This document shows positions 37,682 to 48,104 of a stretch of 64,000 bases of DNA, one piece after another (positions within the stretch are counted from its first letter, which is position 1; each line of letters starts with the position of its first letter). The position numbers and the translations under genes were made by a program. The DNA lies in NCBI GenBank assembly GCA_019745975.1, contig JAIESQ010000013.1:86780-150779 (forward strand), written 5' to 3'. This DNA comes from Pirellulales bacterium (lineage in GTDB: Bacteria > Planctomycetota > Planctomycetia > Pirellulales > JAEUIK01). The notes below the pieces were generated by a model. It did not search any database, had not been told where the DNA came from, and saw nothing but the letters and a program-made list of their open reading frames with translations.

Positions 37682-39337
37682 ATGGCCGCGAATGAGAATC
37701 AGGGACTGCATATTGCCTTGATCATCTTCGTGATGCTCACGGTGCTGTTGATCGCCACGACGTTTCTATTCTTCCACCGCTACAACACGCAGCTCGAACA
37801 ATCGGCCAAGGACCAGACCGACGCCCGCAAGGCGCAGACCGACATGTCGAAGCTGCAAGGAGAGCTCAACGACATCAAGCAGTTGATCGGCTTCGACCCG
37901 GCCGACCCGGCCGACAAGATTCGCACCGAATCGGAGGCCGACTGGAACAAGTACGCCGAAACGCTGCCGAAGGAAAACCGCAGCTATCGCGCGGCGCTAG
38001 GCAATCTGGCCTCGCGCGTGACCGACGTCAGCAAGAACCTCGACGTCACGCAAAAGTCGGAGCAGTCGCTCAAGGAACACAACGAGGGTCGTGAAGGCGT
38101 CAACGATAAGATCGTTCAAGAACACGTCACGGTCGTGACAACCACTCGCGATGACTTAAGTGGCCGCACCACCAAGTTCACCGAAGACGTCCAGCGGCTC
38201 GAGAAGGAAAAAGGGGACCTGGCTAAGGAGCGCGACAAACTGCAAGGCGAGCTCGATGCGCTCAACGAACAAAACAACAAGATGGTGAGCAAGCTCAATC
38301 AGGATATTGCCCTGCTCAACGCCCAATTGGATAAAGCGCAAAGCACGATCGACCGGCTGCGCGGCAAGACCGAATTCGTGGCCGATGGCGTGGTCCGCAA
38401 GGTCAACCAACGCAGTGGCATCGTCTGGATCAACGTGGGCTACGACGACAACGTCCCGCGGCAACTGGGCTTCAGCATCTATGGCATCGAAGAGAACGGC
38501 GGCGTCAGCAAGGAGCTCAAGGCCAAGGTCGAAATCACGCGCATCCTGGGGCCGCATCTGGCCGAAGCGCGCATCCTTGAGGACGAAATCACCGATCCCA
38601 TCGTGCCGGGGGACAAGATCGAGTCCCCCCTGTGGGACCCAGGCAACTCGCAGCGCTTCGCGCTGGCTGGCTTCATGGACGTCGACGGCGACGACCAGAG
38701 CGATCGGGCGATGATTCGTGATTTGATCGCCATGGCCGGTGGCACGATTGATGCCGAGCTCGACGACACCGGCAAGGAAGAAGGGGCAATCACCATCGAC
38801 ACGCGTTACCTGGTGCTCGGCGAGCCCAAGGAGAACGTCGAAGTCAAGGTCGGACAGCTCAAAGCGCAGGCCGAACAGTTGGGCGTTGAGGTGCTGTCGC
38901 TCGAGAAGTTCCTCGAGCACATCGGCTGGCATGACGCCCGACACGTGCTGCGGTACGACGGCACACGTCCGCGCGATTTCAAAGCCCCGGTCCCCGACGG
39001 AGGTATTCGCACGTCGACGGGCTCGGTCACGCAGCGATTCCGGCCGCGCCATCCGCGCGAGCGCTTGAAGCCCGACGCCAGCGCATTTGACGAAGACGAA
39101 GCAGCCGAAGCGCCGGCCACGGCCCCAGCTCGCCCAGCGGCTGCCGACGCCGCCGATGAAGGCGCGGAAGCGCCGGCCGACGAAATGCAAGCCGAAGGCG
39201 CCGCCGACGGTGCCGGTGCAGGGGATGTCTTCGACGAGCCCGCTGGCGATGAACCTGCCGCCGACGAGCCGGCCGAAGACGAAGCGCCCGCCGAGGAAGA
39301 AGCGCCGGCCGAAGAGCCCGCCGCCCCGGGGCGCTAG
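37682..39337 (+). CDS. Membrane-anchored coiled-coil protein with possible BRCT-like domain and acidic tail
   Basis: N-terminal TM, heptad-rich region, LIAMAGGTID...TRYLVLGE segment; GAGGAG RBS. Confidence 0.85.
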   Translation: MAANENQGLHIALIIFVMLTVLLIATTFLFFHRYNTQLEQSAKDQTDARKAQTDMSKLQGELNDIKQLIGFDPADPADKIRTESEADWNKYAETLPKENRSYRAALGNLASRVTDVSKNLDVTQKSEQSLKEHNEGREGVNDKIVQEHVTVVTTTRDDLSGRTTKFTEDVQRLEKEKGDLAKERDKLQGELDALNEQNNKMVSKLNQDIALLNAQLDKAQSTIDRLRGKTEFVADGVVRKVNQRSGIVWINVGYDDNVPRQLGFSIYGIEENGGVSKELKAKVEITRILGPHLAEARILEDEITDPIVPGDKIESPLWDPGNSQRFALAGFMDVDGDDQSDRAMIRDLIAMAGGTIDAELDDTGKEEGAITIDTRYLVLGEPKENVEVKVGQLKAQAEQLGVEVLSLEKFLEHIGWHDARHVLRYDGTRPRDFKAPVPDGGIRTSTGSVTQRFRPRHPRERLKPDASAFDEDEAAEAPATAPARPAAADAADEGAEAPADEMQAEGAADGAGAGDVFDEPAGDEPAADEPAEDEAPAEEEAPAEEPAAPGR

Positions 39338-39369
39338 TCGCTTTCAGCCCCGGACGTTAGAACCATGCG

Positions 39370-41184
39370 ATGGCCCAGGCGAGAATCTTCAAACAGGCTA
39401 GAAGTAGCTTCCAAACCGACATTGAACCGACGTCGGGTGCCACTGCCAGCTCGTCTAGCAGTGCTGTGTCGAGCAATTCACTGCTGGGCAAGCCAGCAGT
39501 GGCACCCAAACCAGGTTTTGAAACTGCTTCTAGTGTAAACGGGACGCGGCCGCATGCGTGCGCAAGACTGATCCTGCGCGGCCTCTTGGTTTGTGCGTGG
39601 TTGGCCAGCGCCACGAATGCTCGCGCCGGCGAGCCGCCCGCCGCATCGGGGGCCGCGCCATTGCCGGCCGCCGTTGCCCGGCAACTTCGCGAACGGCTCG
39701 CATCGGGCACGCTTCGCTGGGGAGGCGACGCCGAAGGGGGGGCCCCTTATCAACTGCGCGATCCGCACGATCCCGAGCGCGTGATCGGCTTCGAAGTCGA
39801 GTTGGTCGACGCCGTGGCCGACAAGCTTGCCCGTTGGCTCGGTCGCCCGTTGGCGACCGAGTTCGTGCAGTACGAATGGACGAGCCTGCCGCTGGGCTTG
39901 GACAAACACGACTTCGACCTGATCGCCAGCGGCTTCGAGGGCAGCCCGCAGTGGTCGGCGGCGTATCGGCTGTCGCGGCCGTATTACGTCTGCCATCAAG
40001 AGCTGGCGATTCGCCGGACGGATGCCGCGCGGATCACGACCCTCGACGATTGCCGTGATCGAACCGTCGGCACCTTGGCGGCCAGCGCGGCTGAACGCCT
40101 GTTGGCCGCCAGCGAATTTACCAACATCGTCGCCTACGACGGGCAAGTCGAGCCGTATCTCGATCTGGAACTCGGGCGCGTCGACGCGGTGCTGTTGGAC
40201 TCGCCGATCACGACGTATTACGGCCGCACGAATCCCAAGTTTGCGTTTCTGCCGGCGCCGCAGGGCCAGGTCGAATATGTGCTGGCGGTTGCCCGCGGCG
40301 ACGAAGCGCTGGCGGCGGCGCTCGACGTGGCCCTGGGTGAAGTGATTCGCAACGGCCAGCTTCGCGAGATTCTCAGGCGCTGGCGGTTGTGGAATCCGGC
40401 GCAGGCGGCGCTGGCGCGGCCCCCCAATCGCGAGGCGGAATTGGCAGGGCTGGGCTTCGATGCGGCGGGCCAACCGCTGGCCGGTATGTCCGATCCGCCG
40501 AGCGATGCGATCGACGTGAACCTCGTGGCCGCCTCGGCCAAGGCATGGACCTTTTCGCAGTACGCGCCGCTGCTCTTGGCGGCCGCCGGCACCACGGTGG
40601 CGCTCTCGGTCACGAGCATGGCGCTGGCGATGGCTGGCGGATTGGTGGTGAGCTTGTGCCGGCTGTACGGGCCGCGACCGCTACAAGCCGCGGCCTTGGG
40701 CTACGTCGAGTTCTTTCGCGGTATTCCGCTGCTCTTGGTGTTGTTCTTCCTCTACTTCGGACTGGCGCACTACGGTGTCGACCTGCCGGCGACGCGCACC
40801 GCGGTGCTCGGCTTCGGGCTGACGTACGCGGCGTACGAAGCCGAAGTTTATCGCAGCGCCATCCGCTCGGTGCCGCGCGGCCAGTGGGAAGCGGCGCTGG
40901 CGCTGGGGATGTCGGGGCCGCAAGCGTTCCGCAAGGTGATCTTTCCGCAGGCGCTGCGCACGGCGCTGGCGCCGATGACGAACGACTTCGTCGCCCTCTT
41001 CAAAGACACGAGCCTGGTGAGCGTGATCGCCGTGCGCGAGCTGACCAAAGAGTACCTGATCCTGTCGCGATCGAGCCTGAAGTTCGTCGAGCTGGGGCTC
41101 TTGACCGCCGCGCTCTACCTGGCGATGTCGATCCCGCTGGGGTACCTGTCGCGCTGGCTGGAACGGCGCTGGGGGGCGGCGTGA
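39370..41184 (+). CDS. Amino-acid ABC transporter substrate-binding + permease fusion
   Basis: GFEVEL, DLELGRVDAV binding domain; FRGIPLL, EAALALGMS, FKDTSL permease motifs; start uncertain. Confidence 0.88.
   Translation: MAQARIFKQARSSFQTDIEPTSGATASSSSSAVSSNSLLGKPAVAPKPGFETASSVNGTRPHACARLILRGLLVCAWLASATNARAGEPPAASGAAPLPAAVARQLRERLASGTLRWGGDAEGGAPYQLRDPHDPERVIGFEVELVDAVADKLARWLGRPLATEFVQYEWTSLPLGLDKHDFDLIASGFEGSPQWSAAYRLSRPYYVCHQELAIRRTDAARITTLDDCRDRTVGTLAASAAERLLAASEFTNIVAYDGQVEPYLDLELGRVDAVLLDSPITTYYGRTNPKFAFLPAPQGQVEYVLAVARGDEALAAALDVALGEVIRNGQLREILRRWRLWNPAQAALARPPNREAELAGLGFDAAGQPLAGMSDPPSDAIDVNLVAASAKAWTFSQYAPLLLAAAGTTVALSVTSMALAMAGGLVVSLCRLYGPRPLQAAALGYVEFFRGIPLLLVLFFLYFGLAHYGVDLPATRTAVLGFGLTYAAYEAEVYRSAIRSVPRGQWEAALALGMSGPQAFRKVIFPQALRTALAPMTNDFVALFKDTSLVSVIAVRELTKEYLILSRSSLKFVELGLLTAALYLAMSIPLGYLSRWLERRWGAA
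39398..39533. mobile_element. Second copy of the REP-containing MITE
   Basis: CTAGAAGTAGCTTCCAAACC...GGTTTTGAAACTGCTTCTAG with the same internal REP doublet. Confidence 0.78.
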
Positions 41185-41185
41185 G

Positions 41186-42040
41186 CTACCCCGCCGCTTT
41201 GCGGGCGCCGTCGGAGGCCGCGGCCAGGCACGCGCGGATGTCGTCGAGCGGGTTCTCGGGCTTCTCCTCGTACTCAAGCGCCAGGCAGGCGTCGGCCGGG
41301 TAGTTCACCTTCTTCAATGCCTTGAAGACGCCGACGATGTCCAAGTGACCCTGGCCGAGGATCACGCCGTGCGTTTGCGATTTCTGCTCGGCGAAATCCT
41401 TGAGATGGATGCCGAACAGCCGCCCTTCGAGCAGGTTGATCACGCGCACGGGGTCTTCGGCCGAACGGATGTAGTGCCCCAGGTCGGCGCAGGCGCCAAT
41501 GTTGGGATGGCGCCCTTTAACGGCGTTGAGCACGTCGGCCACTTTGTTGTACTCGGCGCCGGGGCCGTGATTGTGGATGGCGATGCGGATGTCGTACTCG
41601 GCGACCAGCTTGTCGAGGCTGTCGAAGGAGTCCTCACTGGGATTGGCCGTGATATTGCGGATGCCGGCCCGCTTGGCGAACTCGAACCAGCGGCGGTTGG
41701 CTTCGTGATCCTTGGTGAAGGGGTTCACGCCGTGGGCGAGCGGCTGAATGGCAAGCGACTTGAGACGCGACTTCATGGCGTCGATCTCGTCGGCCGACGA
41801 CTTGCTCGGGAAGTGGGCCTCGAACAGTTCGACCGAGTGCAGCCCTAGCTCCTTGACGTAGTCGAGCGCCTGCTCGGCGCCGAAGCCGCGCAGCGAATAG
41901 GTCTGCAGGCCCATGAGGAAGCCGCCGTACTTGCTGGTGTCGGGCTCGGCGGCGCGGACGAGTCTAGTGCGCGTAGCGAATGTCGTGGCGGCGGCGGCGC
42001 CAGCGGCCAGAAACGTGCGGCGAGTGAGGTTGGTTGACAT
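41186..42040 (-). CDS. Sugar-phosphate isomerase/epimerase (xylose-isomerase-like TIM barrel), Tat signal
   Basis: TRRTFL, IAIHNHG, DLGH, HLKD, LEYE. Confidence 0.88.
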   Translation of the reverse strand: MSTNLTRRTFLAAGAAAATTFATRTRLVRAAEPDTSKYGGFLMGLQTYSLRGFGAEQALDYVKELGLHSVELFEAHFPSKSSADEIDAMKSRLKSLAIQPLAHGVNPFTKDHEANRRWFEFAKRAGIRNITANPSEDSFDSLDKLVAEYDIRIAIHNHGPGAEYNKVADVLNAVKGRHPNIGACADLGHYIRSAEDPVRVINLLEGRLFGIHLKDFAEQKSQTHGVILGQGHLDIVGVFKALKKVNYPADACLALEYEEKPENPLDDIRACLAAASDGARKAAG

Positions 42041-42164
42041 GTGCTAAGCTCCGACAGGCGGCGTGTTGGATTTGATCAATCGTAGTCGCCGACCATGATA
42101 GTGCCGCGCGTTGTCGAATGCACGATGGTGCGGCCGCCTCCCTGCGAACTGCAAAGCCAAGCGG

Positions 42165-42566
42165 CTACTGCCGTGGGACAGGAAAATTCCGCGACGCGTG
42201 GTCCAGCGACGGATGGTCTACCCGCGAAACGATCCCCTCGGCGACCAACCGCTCGAAGGCGTGCGCCAGGCTCGGTGGGTCGGCAGCTTCTTGTTCCCAG
42301 TGCGCGTACGTCGCTTCGTCGCACCACGCGCGCAGCTTGGGCATCGCCCGCAGGTGCGCGCCCAGATTGCGAAAGTCACGCATCGCTTGCTCGCTTCGCC
42401 AGACAGTGATTGTCCAGAAAGTCAGGCGGGCGTCGCCGTAGACGGCCGTGCCGAGGTTGCCTGCCGCGCGGCGCGCCTGGCCGCGCGACCGCAAGGTGAA
42501 GTAGAAGAACGCCGCCAAGTAGCGGAGCTTTCTGATCCGCAGCCGGGTAACCGAGACGAAGTACAT
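42165..42566 (-). CDS. DUF3291/ABM-like dimeric alpha-beta barrel protein
   Basis: SVTRLRIR, FWTITVWRSEQAMRDF...HLRAM. Confidence 0.7.
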   Translation of the reverse strand: MYFVSVTRLRIRKLRYLAAFFYFTLRSRGQARRAAGNLGTAVYGDARLTFWTITVWRSEQAMRDFRNLGAHLRAMPKLRAWCDEATYAHWEQEAADPPSLAHAFERLVAEGIVSRVDHPSLDHASRNFPVPRQ

Positions 42567-42659
42567 CGCGCGGCCTCAGCGGGCGGGGGCAAAAACGAAG
42601 CGCACCCACAGCGAACGAAACCGGCGACGCGTCACCCCAACCGCGATATCCCAACCGCG

Positions 42660-43739
42660 TTAGCCCCAGGCCGGGTTCAGCTTCAGCGTGAACTGGTTCT
42701 GCGGATCGGTTTTGTAAGCGTCGAGCGAGGGAGAGTAGGCCTTGATCTGCACGGTTTCACGGTCGGGCAAGAACTCGACCAAGCGCAGAAAGCCTTCGCC
42801 TCCTTCCTTCTTCATCTGATAGTTGACCAGCAGTTCGTGGACATGATTACCCGCGGGCGTGGCGGTCGTTTGCCGGCCCAGACCATCCTGCAGCACATGG
42901 CCGTTGAGGGTCATGAAGAAGTTGTCGTGGCGGGCGATCATCTTGTCCCAGAGCTGCTGCCCGTCGTTGACACCGCCGGCGAGCCTGGCCGTGCCATAGG
43001 AGTGGGGGTTCCAGGTCTGCTTCTTGCCGTACTTGGTCCAGTCATAGCGGGTGTCGTCGTAATACATGTAGGCATGCGTGGTGAGCAGCACCTTGTGATC
43101 GGGGTGCGCGGCCACGACTTTTTCGGCCCATTCGACCGGCGCGTCGCGCGGGCCCCATTCGAGCGCGAGCACGAGCACCTTCTGGCCGTGCGCGGTGAAC
43201 TTGTGAAAGCTGTTGTCGAGGCGCGTTTCGTCGAGCAGCCCGCCGAGCGCCGGGCTCTTGCACGCATCGGTCAGCGTGAAGTACTCGTTCAGGTAGGTGT
43301 CGCGCGTGGTGGCGTTACCCCCCGGCCCGCAGTCGTGATTGCCGTAGGCCAGCGAGTAAGAGACTTCGCCGTCGAGCGTGCGCATCGCTTTCTGGGCGAC
43401 GGTCCATTGCTCGGGCGTGTTGCGATTGGTGATGTCGCCCAGGTGCACGACAAACTGAATGTCGTGCTTCGCTTTGTTCTTGGCGATCCATTCCGTCTGA
43501 CGGTAAAAGTGGTCGGGCCAGCGCTCGCAGTAGACCTGCGTGTCGGGCAATGCCGCGATCGTCCACGAACCCTCGACGAATGGCAAAGGCTCGGCGACGT
43601 TTTCGTCGCCGGGGGCCCGCCGCAGGGGCGTGGTATCGGCGGCCCGCAGCCACCGCGGGGAAAGCCCGGCACCTAGGCCCACGAGCCCGCCGACCGCCAG
43701 CCGATTGATGTCACGTCGCGTGAAACGCGAGTCGCTCAT
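42660..43739 (-). CDS. Calcineurin-like metallophosphoesterase, Tat-like signal
   Basis: LPDTQ, HLGDI, GNHD, TTHAY, LNGH motifs. Confidence 0.9.
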   Translation of the reverse strand: MSDSRFTRRDINRLAVGGLVGLGAGLSPRWLRAADTTPLRRAPGDENVAEPLPFVEGSWTIAALPDTQVYCERWPDHFYRQTEWIAKNKAKHDIQFVVHLGDITNRNTPEQWTVAQKAMRTLDGEVSYSLAYGNHDCGPGGNATTRDTYLNEYFTLTDACKSPALGGLLDETRLDNSFHKFTAHGQKVLVLALEWGPRDAPVEWAEKVVAAHPDHKVLLTTHAYMYYDDTRYDWTKYGKKQTWNPHSYGTARLAGGVNDGQQLWDKMIARHDNFFMTLNGHVLQDGLGRQTTATPAGNHVHELLVNYQMKKEGGEGFLRLVEFLPDRETVQIKAYSPSLDAYKTDPQNQFTLKLNPAWG

Positions 43740-43786
43740 GGCATGCTCCCCCAACGGTTGTTCAAGCAAATCGCCGCTGATAATTG

Positions 43787-43892
43787 TTAGCCGCGGAGCT
43801 TGCTCCGCGCGCTAGCTCGTCCGACCAAAATCGATGCGAGCTTCCGAGACAACATTGCACAGCTAGCGCGCGGGATAAATCCCGCGGCTAAC
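43787..43892. repeat. REP-like inverted doublet (TAGCCGCGG...CCGCGGCTA)
   Basis: Two short palindromes in inverted orientation in the intergenic space. Confidence 0.6.
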
Positions 43893-43914
43893 AGAATGCG
43901 TGCCGATCGAAACA

Positions 43915-45111
43915 CTATTTTCGCGCCCGCTTGTGGCGTAGCGGCGTCCATGCGCCGGCCGCCTTGCTGCTGGCGACGCACTGCTGGATGAAGTACATCC
44001 CTTCGACGCCGTCGTTGATATTCGGATAGATCGTGGCCACGCGTTCGATCTTCTCGCCGGTCGCCCGGGCGACCATCGCGTCGTAGGCGAAGCGATAAAT
44101 GTTGGCGAACGCCTCGAAGAAGGCCTCGGGGTGGCCCGCCGGCAAGCGGCAGCTCGCCTTGGCCGTCTCGTGCAACCAGGCGACATTCGGATCGCGCGTG
44201 TACATTGCGTGCGGCTGGCCATTGCGGCGGAACCAGAGCACATTCGGCTCTTCCTGGCGCCACTGGATGGCCCCCTTGGTGCCATCGACTTCGATCGAAA
44301 TATCGTTCTCGCGGCCGTGGCTGATCTGCGAGGCGGTCACCGTGCCCAGCGCGCCGTTTTCAAAGCGAATCACCGCGTGGCCGTAGTCGTCGAGCGCTCG
44401 GCCCGACTCGAACGTTTTCAGGTTGCAGCTCACATCGACAGGCAGCAGGCCGGTGATGTAGCGCCCCAGGTTGTACGCGTGCGTGCCGATGTCGCCGAAG
44501 CAGCCGGCCGCGCCGCTGCGGGCCGGATCGGTCCGCCAGGCCGCCTGCTTCTGATCGTCCTTTTCGATGCGGCTGCGCAGCCAACCCTGAATGTAGTTGG
44601 CGCGAATCGCCTGAATCTCGCCCAGCTCGCCGGCGGCCACCATTTCGCGCGCCTGCCGCACAAGGGGGTAGCCGGTGTAGTTGTGCGTGACGGCGAAGAC
44701 TACGCCCGAGCGATCGACGGCCTCGGCCAAGTCTTCGGCCTGCTTGAGGTCGAAGGTCATGGGCTTGTCGCAGAGCACGTTGAAGCCGGCCTCGACGGCG
44801 GCCTTGGCGATTTCGTAGTGCGTGTGGTTGGGCGTGGCCACCGTGACAAAATCGATGCGCTCGCCTTCGGGGAGCTTCTTCTCGCTGTCGATCAGTTCGC
44901 GATACGAGCCGTACGCCCGCGCCGGCGGAATGTCGTAGTCGGGCGCCGAGGCTTTGGCCTTGGCCGGATCGCTCGACAACGCGCCCGCGACCAGCGCCGC
45001 GCGGTTATCGAGCACCGCCGCCGTGGCGTGCACGCGGCCGATGAACGCTCCCTGGCCGCCGCCGACCAGGGCCATGCGAAGTTTGCGTCCCAGTTTTCCG
45101 TTGGTGGACAT
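43915..45111 (-). CDS. Gfo/Idh/MocA-family oxidoreductase
   Basis: [30 protein letters not shown]. Confidence 0.92.
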   Translation of the reverse strand: MSTNGKLGRKLRMALVGGGQGAFIGRVHATAAVLDNRAALVAGALSSDPAKAKASAPDYDIPPARAYGSYRELIDSEKKLPEGERIDFVTVATPNHTHYEIAKAAVEAGFNVLCDKPMTFDLKQAEDLAEAVDRSGVVFAVTHNYTGYPLVRQAREMVAAGELGEIQAIRANYIQGWLRSRIEKDDQKQAAWRTDPARSGAAGCFGDIGTHAYNLGRYITGLLPVDVSCNLKTFESGRALDDYGHAVIRFENGALGTVTASQISHGRENDISIEVDGTKGAIQWRQEEPNVLWFRRNGQPHAMYTRDPNVAWLHETAKASCRLPAGHPEAFFEAFANIYRFAYDAMVARATGEKIERVATIYPNINDGVEGMYFIQQCVASSKAAGAWTPLRHKRARK

Positions 45112-45233
45112 GCCTGCGAGACTCCAAGTAGCGCGGGGATTGTCGTGTTTGGGCTTTCTTTTAGCACACCGTTGGGCCGGTCGCCATCGGTCGACGGGTT
45201 CTGGTAGGCGCACTGCAAAGTCAGAATTGCGAG

Positions 45234-45310
45234 GGGGACAGGTACATGTTTTCGGCCAAGATGAGTTGGCAAGGAACGACTTTGGCGCGCCGAAGAATGT
45301 ACCAGTCCCC
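45234..45310. repeat. Intergenic inverted-repeat element GGGGACAGGTACAT...ATGTACCAGTCCCC
   Basis: Related copy at 46254-46329. Confidence 0.65.
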
Positions 45311-45414
45311 GACTTTGCAGTTCGCCGGGGTCCTGCTGGAATCGGCCTGCGGCAACGGTTAGGATGCACGCGGAAGAGGTCGCTCACGCGCGTTCAGTTT
45401 AGGAGCCAACCATC

Positions 45415-45957
45415 ATGGGGTCGAATTGGAATCGTCGACGCGGAGTGTCGTTCGCCGGCGGCGCAGCCCTGGGGTTCGTTGCCGCGGCGCTGTTGTTGGG
45501 CGCCGGGTTGTGGCCGCACACGCCGCTACACGCCACGGCCACCGATCGTCACGAGAACTTTGCCATTGCCACCGGGCCATTGGATGAAAATGTCGAGGCG
45601 GTCTTCTTTCTCGACTTTGTCTCCGGCGATTTGAAGGCCGCCGTGCTCAGCCCGCAGTTCGGCCGCTTCAACGCCATGTTCACCCGCAACATCTTGAACG
45701 ATCTGGGAGTCGATCCGACGCAGAATCCGCGCTACCTGATGGTCACCGGCGTGGCGAACTTGCGGCGCTCCGGCGGCGGACAGTTCCGGCCGGGTGCTTC
45801 GGTGGTCTACATCGCCGAATTGACCAGCGGCAAGATCGCGGCCTACGCGGTTCCTTGGCGTCCCGACATCCACAATGCCGGCGCGCCGTTTCAAGGTGAG
45901 ATTGGCCTCTTGGACGTGGCGCAGTTCCGCGAGGTGGTAGTTCGCGACCAAGAGTAG
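45415..45957 (+). CDS. Hypothetical exported protein (180 aa)
   Basis: AGGAG RBS; signal peptide; strong coding-like composition. Confidence 0.8.
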   Translation: MGSNWNRRRGVSFAGGAALGFVAAALLLGAGLWPHTPLHATATDRHENFAIATGPLDENVEAVFFLDFVSGDLKAAVLSPQFGRFNAMFTRNILNDLGVDPTQNPRYLMVTGVANLRRSGGGQFRPGASVVYIAELTSGKIAAYAVPWRPDIHNAGAPFQGEIGLLDVAQFREVVVRDQE

Positions 45958-46026
45958 ACTTGCCATGGCACGGGCTTCCGGCTCTTGTAGAACACGGATG
46001 GGCCAGCGGTGCCAACGAATTGCGGA

Positions 46027-46239
46027 GTGATTGCTGGCGTGGAAGTCGTCGTGAACGGCCAGCCGCGCGATGTGTCGGCCGATGCGACCGTCGCCGCGCT
46101 GTTGAGCGAGCTGGAACTCGACCCCCGGCACTGCGCCGTCGAAATCAATCTAGAGCTGGTGCCGCGGGCGCGCCACGCCGTGACGCGATTGGCCGCCGGC
46201 GACCGGCTCGAAATCGTCACGCTGGTCGGCGGCGGGTGA
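46027..46239 (+). CDS. thiS: Sulfur carrier protein ThiS
   Basis: VNG...AVEINLELVPR...LEIVTLVGGG C-terminus; upstream of thiG. Confidence 0.92.
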   Translation: MIAGVEVVVNGQPRDVSADATVAALLSELELDPRHCAVEINLELVPRARHAVTRLAAGDRLEIVTLVGGG

Positions 46240-46253
46240 ATGGTTCCCCCCAA

Positions 46254-46329
46254 GGGGTCTGGTCCATTTTTCGGCGAACCAATTTGCGTGGATTCATTCA
46301 GCGTTGGCCGTAAACATGGACCTGACCTC
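46254..46329. repeat. Intergenic inverted-repeat element between thiS and thiG
   Basis: GGGGTCTGGTCCAT...ATGGACCTGACCTC; same family as 45234-45310. Confidence 0.65.
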
Positions 46330-46379
46330 CTCCTGTTGCTTGTTTGCGTCCCCGTGACAGGGAACTTAGAAAGCGAATT

Positions 46380-47225
46380 GTGACCACCGACTTGTTGCAC
46401 GACGAGGCGCTCGAAGCGGACGGATTTACGCTGGGAACGCACCGGCTCGCCAGCCGGCTGATCGTTGGCACTGGCAAGTACGCCAGCTACGAGCTGATGG
46501 CCGAGGCGCTCTCCGTCTCCGGCACCGACTGCATCACGGTGGCCGTGCGTCGCGAGCGCCTGATCGACAAGTCGGGGCGCAACATCCTCGATTTTCTTCC
46601 CGGCAACCGCTACCTGCTTTTGCCCAACACGGCCGGCTGCTTCACGGCCGACGAGGCGGTTCGTGTGGCCCGCCTCGGGCGCGAGATTCTCCTGGGACTC
46701 GAAAACCCCGGCGCCGATTGGGTGAAGCTCGAAGTGCTCGGCGACAAGAAGACGCTGTTGCCCGACCCCATCGCCACGCTGGCCGCCACCGAACGATTGG
46801 TCGCCGAAGGGTTTCAGGTCCTTTGTTACACGACCGACGATCCGGTCACCGCCCTGCGCTTGAAGCAGGCGGGGGCGACGAGCGTCATGCCCGCCGGCAG
46901 CCCGATCGGCTCGGGCCAGGGGATCTTGAACCCCAATAATATCCGCATCTGCCTCGAATACCTCAAAGACGGCGACCCCGACTACCCGGTGATCGTCGAC
47001 GCCGGCGTAGGCACGGCGAGCGACGTCTCGATCGCCATGGAGCTTGGCGTGGATGGCGTGCTGCTCAATACCGGCATCGCGCACGCGCGCGATCCGCTGG
47101 TGATGGCCCGCGCCATGCGGCATGCGGTCGTGGCCGGGAGATTGGCGTATCTCGCCGGCCGCATCCCGCGTAAGCTTTATGCCACCGCCAGCAGCCCGGA
47201 CGAAGGGCGAGTGGCAAGCGGATAA
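46380..47225 (+). CDS. thiG: Thiazole synthase
   Basis: [41 protein letters not shown]. Confidence 0.97.
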   Translation: MTTDLLHDEALEADGFTLGTHRLASRLIVGTGKYASYELMAEALSVSGTDCITVAVRRERLIDKSGRNILDFLPGNRYLLLPNTAGCFTADEAVRVARLGREILLGLENPGADWVKLEVLGDKKTLLPDPIATLAATERLVAEGFQVLCYTTDDPVTALRLKQAGATSVMPAGSPIGSGQGILNPNNIRICLEYLKDGDPDYPVIVDAGVGTASDVSIAMELGVDGVLLNTGIAHARDPLVMARAMRHAVVAGRLAYLAGRIPRKLYATASSPDEGRVASG

Positions 47226-47302
47226 GGGCTGGTGGATTGCGTTTGCGATCCAAACTCGATTCTCTGACCACGACTCCCTGACCTCTAACCCCTCTAGGGA
47301 TC

Positions 47303-47908
47303 ATGTCCGACGAATGGTATTACGCAGTTGATGGCCGTCAGGCAGGCCCGGTCGCCGAAGCGCTCCTCAAGCAATTGATCGGCAGTGGCCAGGTCCGCCC
47401 GCAGGACCTTGTCTGGCGCGATGGCATGCCTCAGTGGCAACCGGCCGCCAGCGTGCTGGGTCTCTTGGCCGCACAAGCCGCGACCGTTTCCGCGGGCCCG
47501 CCCAGCGTTCCCCCATCGGCAGGTAACCCGTTCGATCCGGGGAGCGCCGCTACGGCAGCGTATGTGATGCCGCGAGCAGCCCCGGGCAAGGTGGTCGCCA
47601 TCAAAGTGATGATGATCGTCGGCGCGGCGATCGCGCTACTGTGGTCGCTGGGATTGATGGCGAGCTGTATCTTTCTGATTTGGCCCGGCACCTACCTGGC
47701 ATTGGTGACCGGCATTTGGGGGCTGGTGGCAGGGCTGAAGGCCGACCGCGAGCGTCCGCCCAAGGCAATCGCGATCCTGCAGATTTGTCTGATCCTCAAC
47801 TTCGACGTGACGAATCTGGCGCTGGGGATTGTCGAACTGGTGTTTCTAGGCGATCCCGAAGTGGCGACGCACTACGACGCGGCCAGCCAATTGCCTATCA
47901 TGCAGTAG
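47303..47908 (+). CDS. GYF_2 (DUF4339) domain membrane protein
   Basis: WYYAVDGRQAGP...LVWRDGMPQWQPA; C-terminal TM helices. Confidence 0.85.
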   Translation: MSDEWYYAVDGRQAGPVAEALLKQLIGSGQVRPQDLVWRDGMPQWQPAASVLGLLAAQAATVSAGPPSVPPSAGNPFDPGSAATAAYVMPRAAPGKVVAIKVMMIVGAAIALLWSLGLMASCIFLIWPGTYLALVTGIWGLVAGLKADRERPPKAIAILQICLILNFDVTNLALGIVELVFLGDPEVATHYDAASQLPIMQ

Positions 47909-47994
47909 CCTTCTCGGTCGGATCGGCGCGGCGAGTCGCTGCAACGTAGCTGGCCGACGGCAACTGCCCCCACCTAGCTGCCAGTTGAAAGGCT

Positions 47995-48056
47995 GTAGCC
48001 GGCCACTTCGAGGTCGGTGAATTGCCGTGAATACCGGGGTCACAGACCCCGGCTAC
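47995..48056. repeat. GTAG-type REP doublet
   Basis: GTAGCCGG...CCGGGGTCACAGACCCCGGCTAC; related to 60647-60707. Confidence 0.7.
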
Positions 48057-48104
48057 AGAACCTATCGACGAACTACTAGTTGCCCTCGCCTCGAAAGGGT
48101 GCGC

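Noticed and set aside
42111..43676. 521-aa plus-strand ORF
   Set aside because: Antisense to two well-supported minus-strand genes; no motifs.
43915..45387. Extended N-termini in the ORF track for Gfo/Idh/MocA (also gatA, DUF1501, ParB, yjbQ)
   Set aside because: Extensions run through intergenic repeats or upstream genes; downstream starts fit the family N-termini better.
45958..46026. Possible TPP riboswitch upstream of thiS-thiG
   Set aside because: Space is too short and the conserved CTGAGA / ACCTGA elements are absent.
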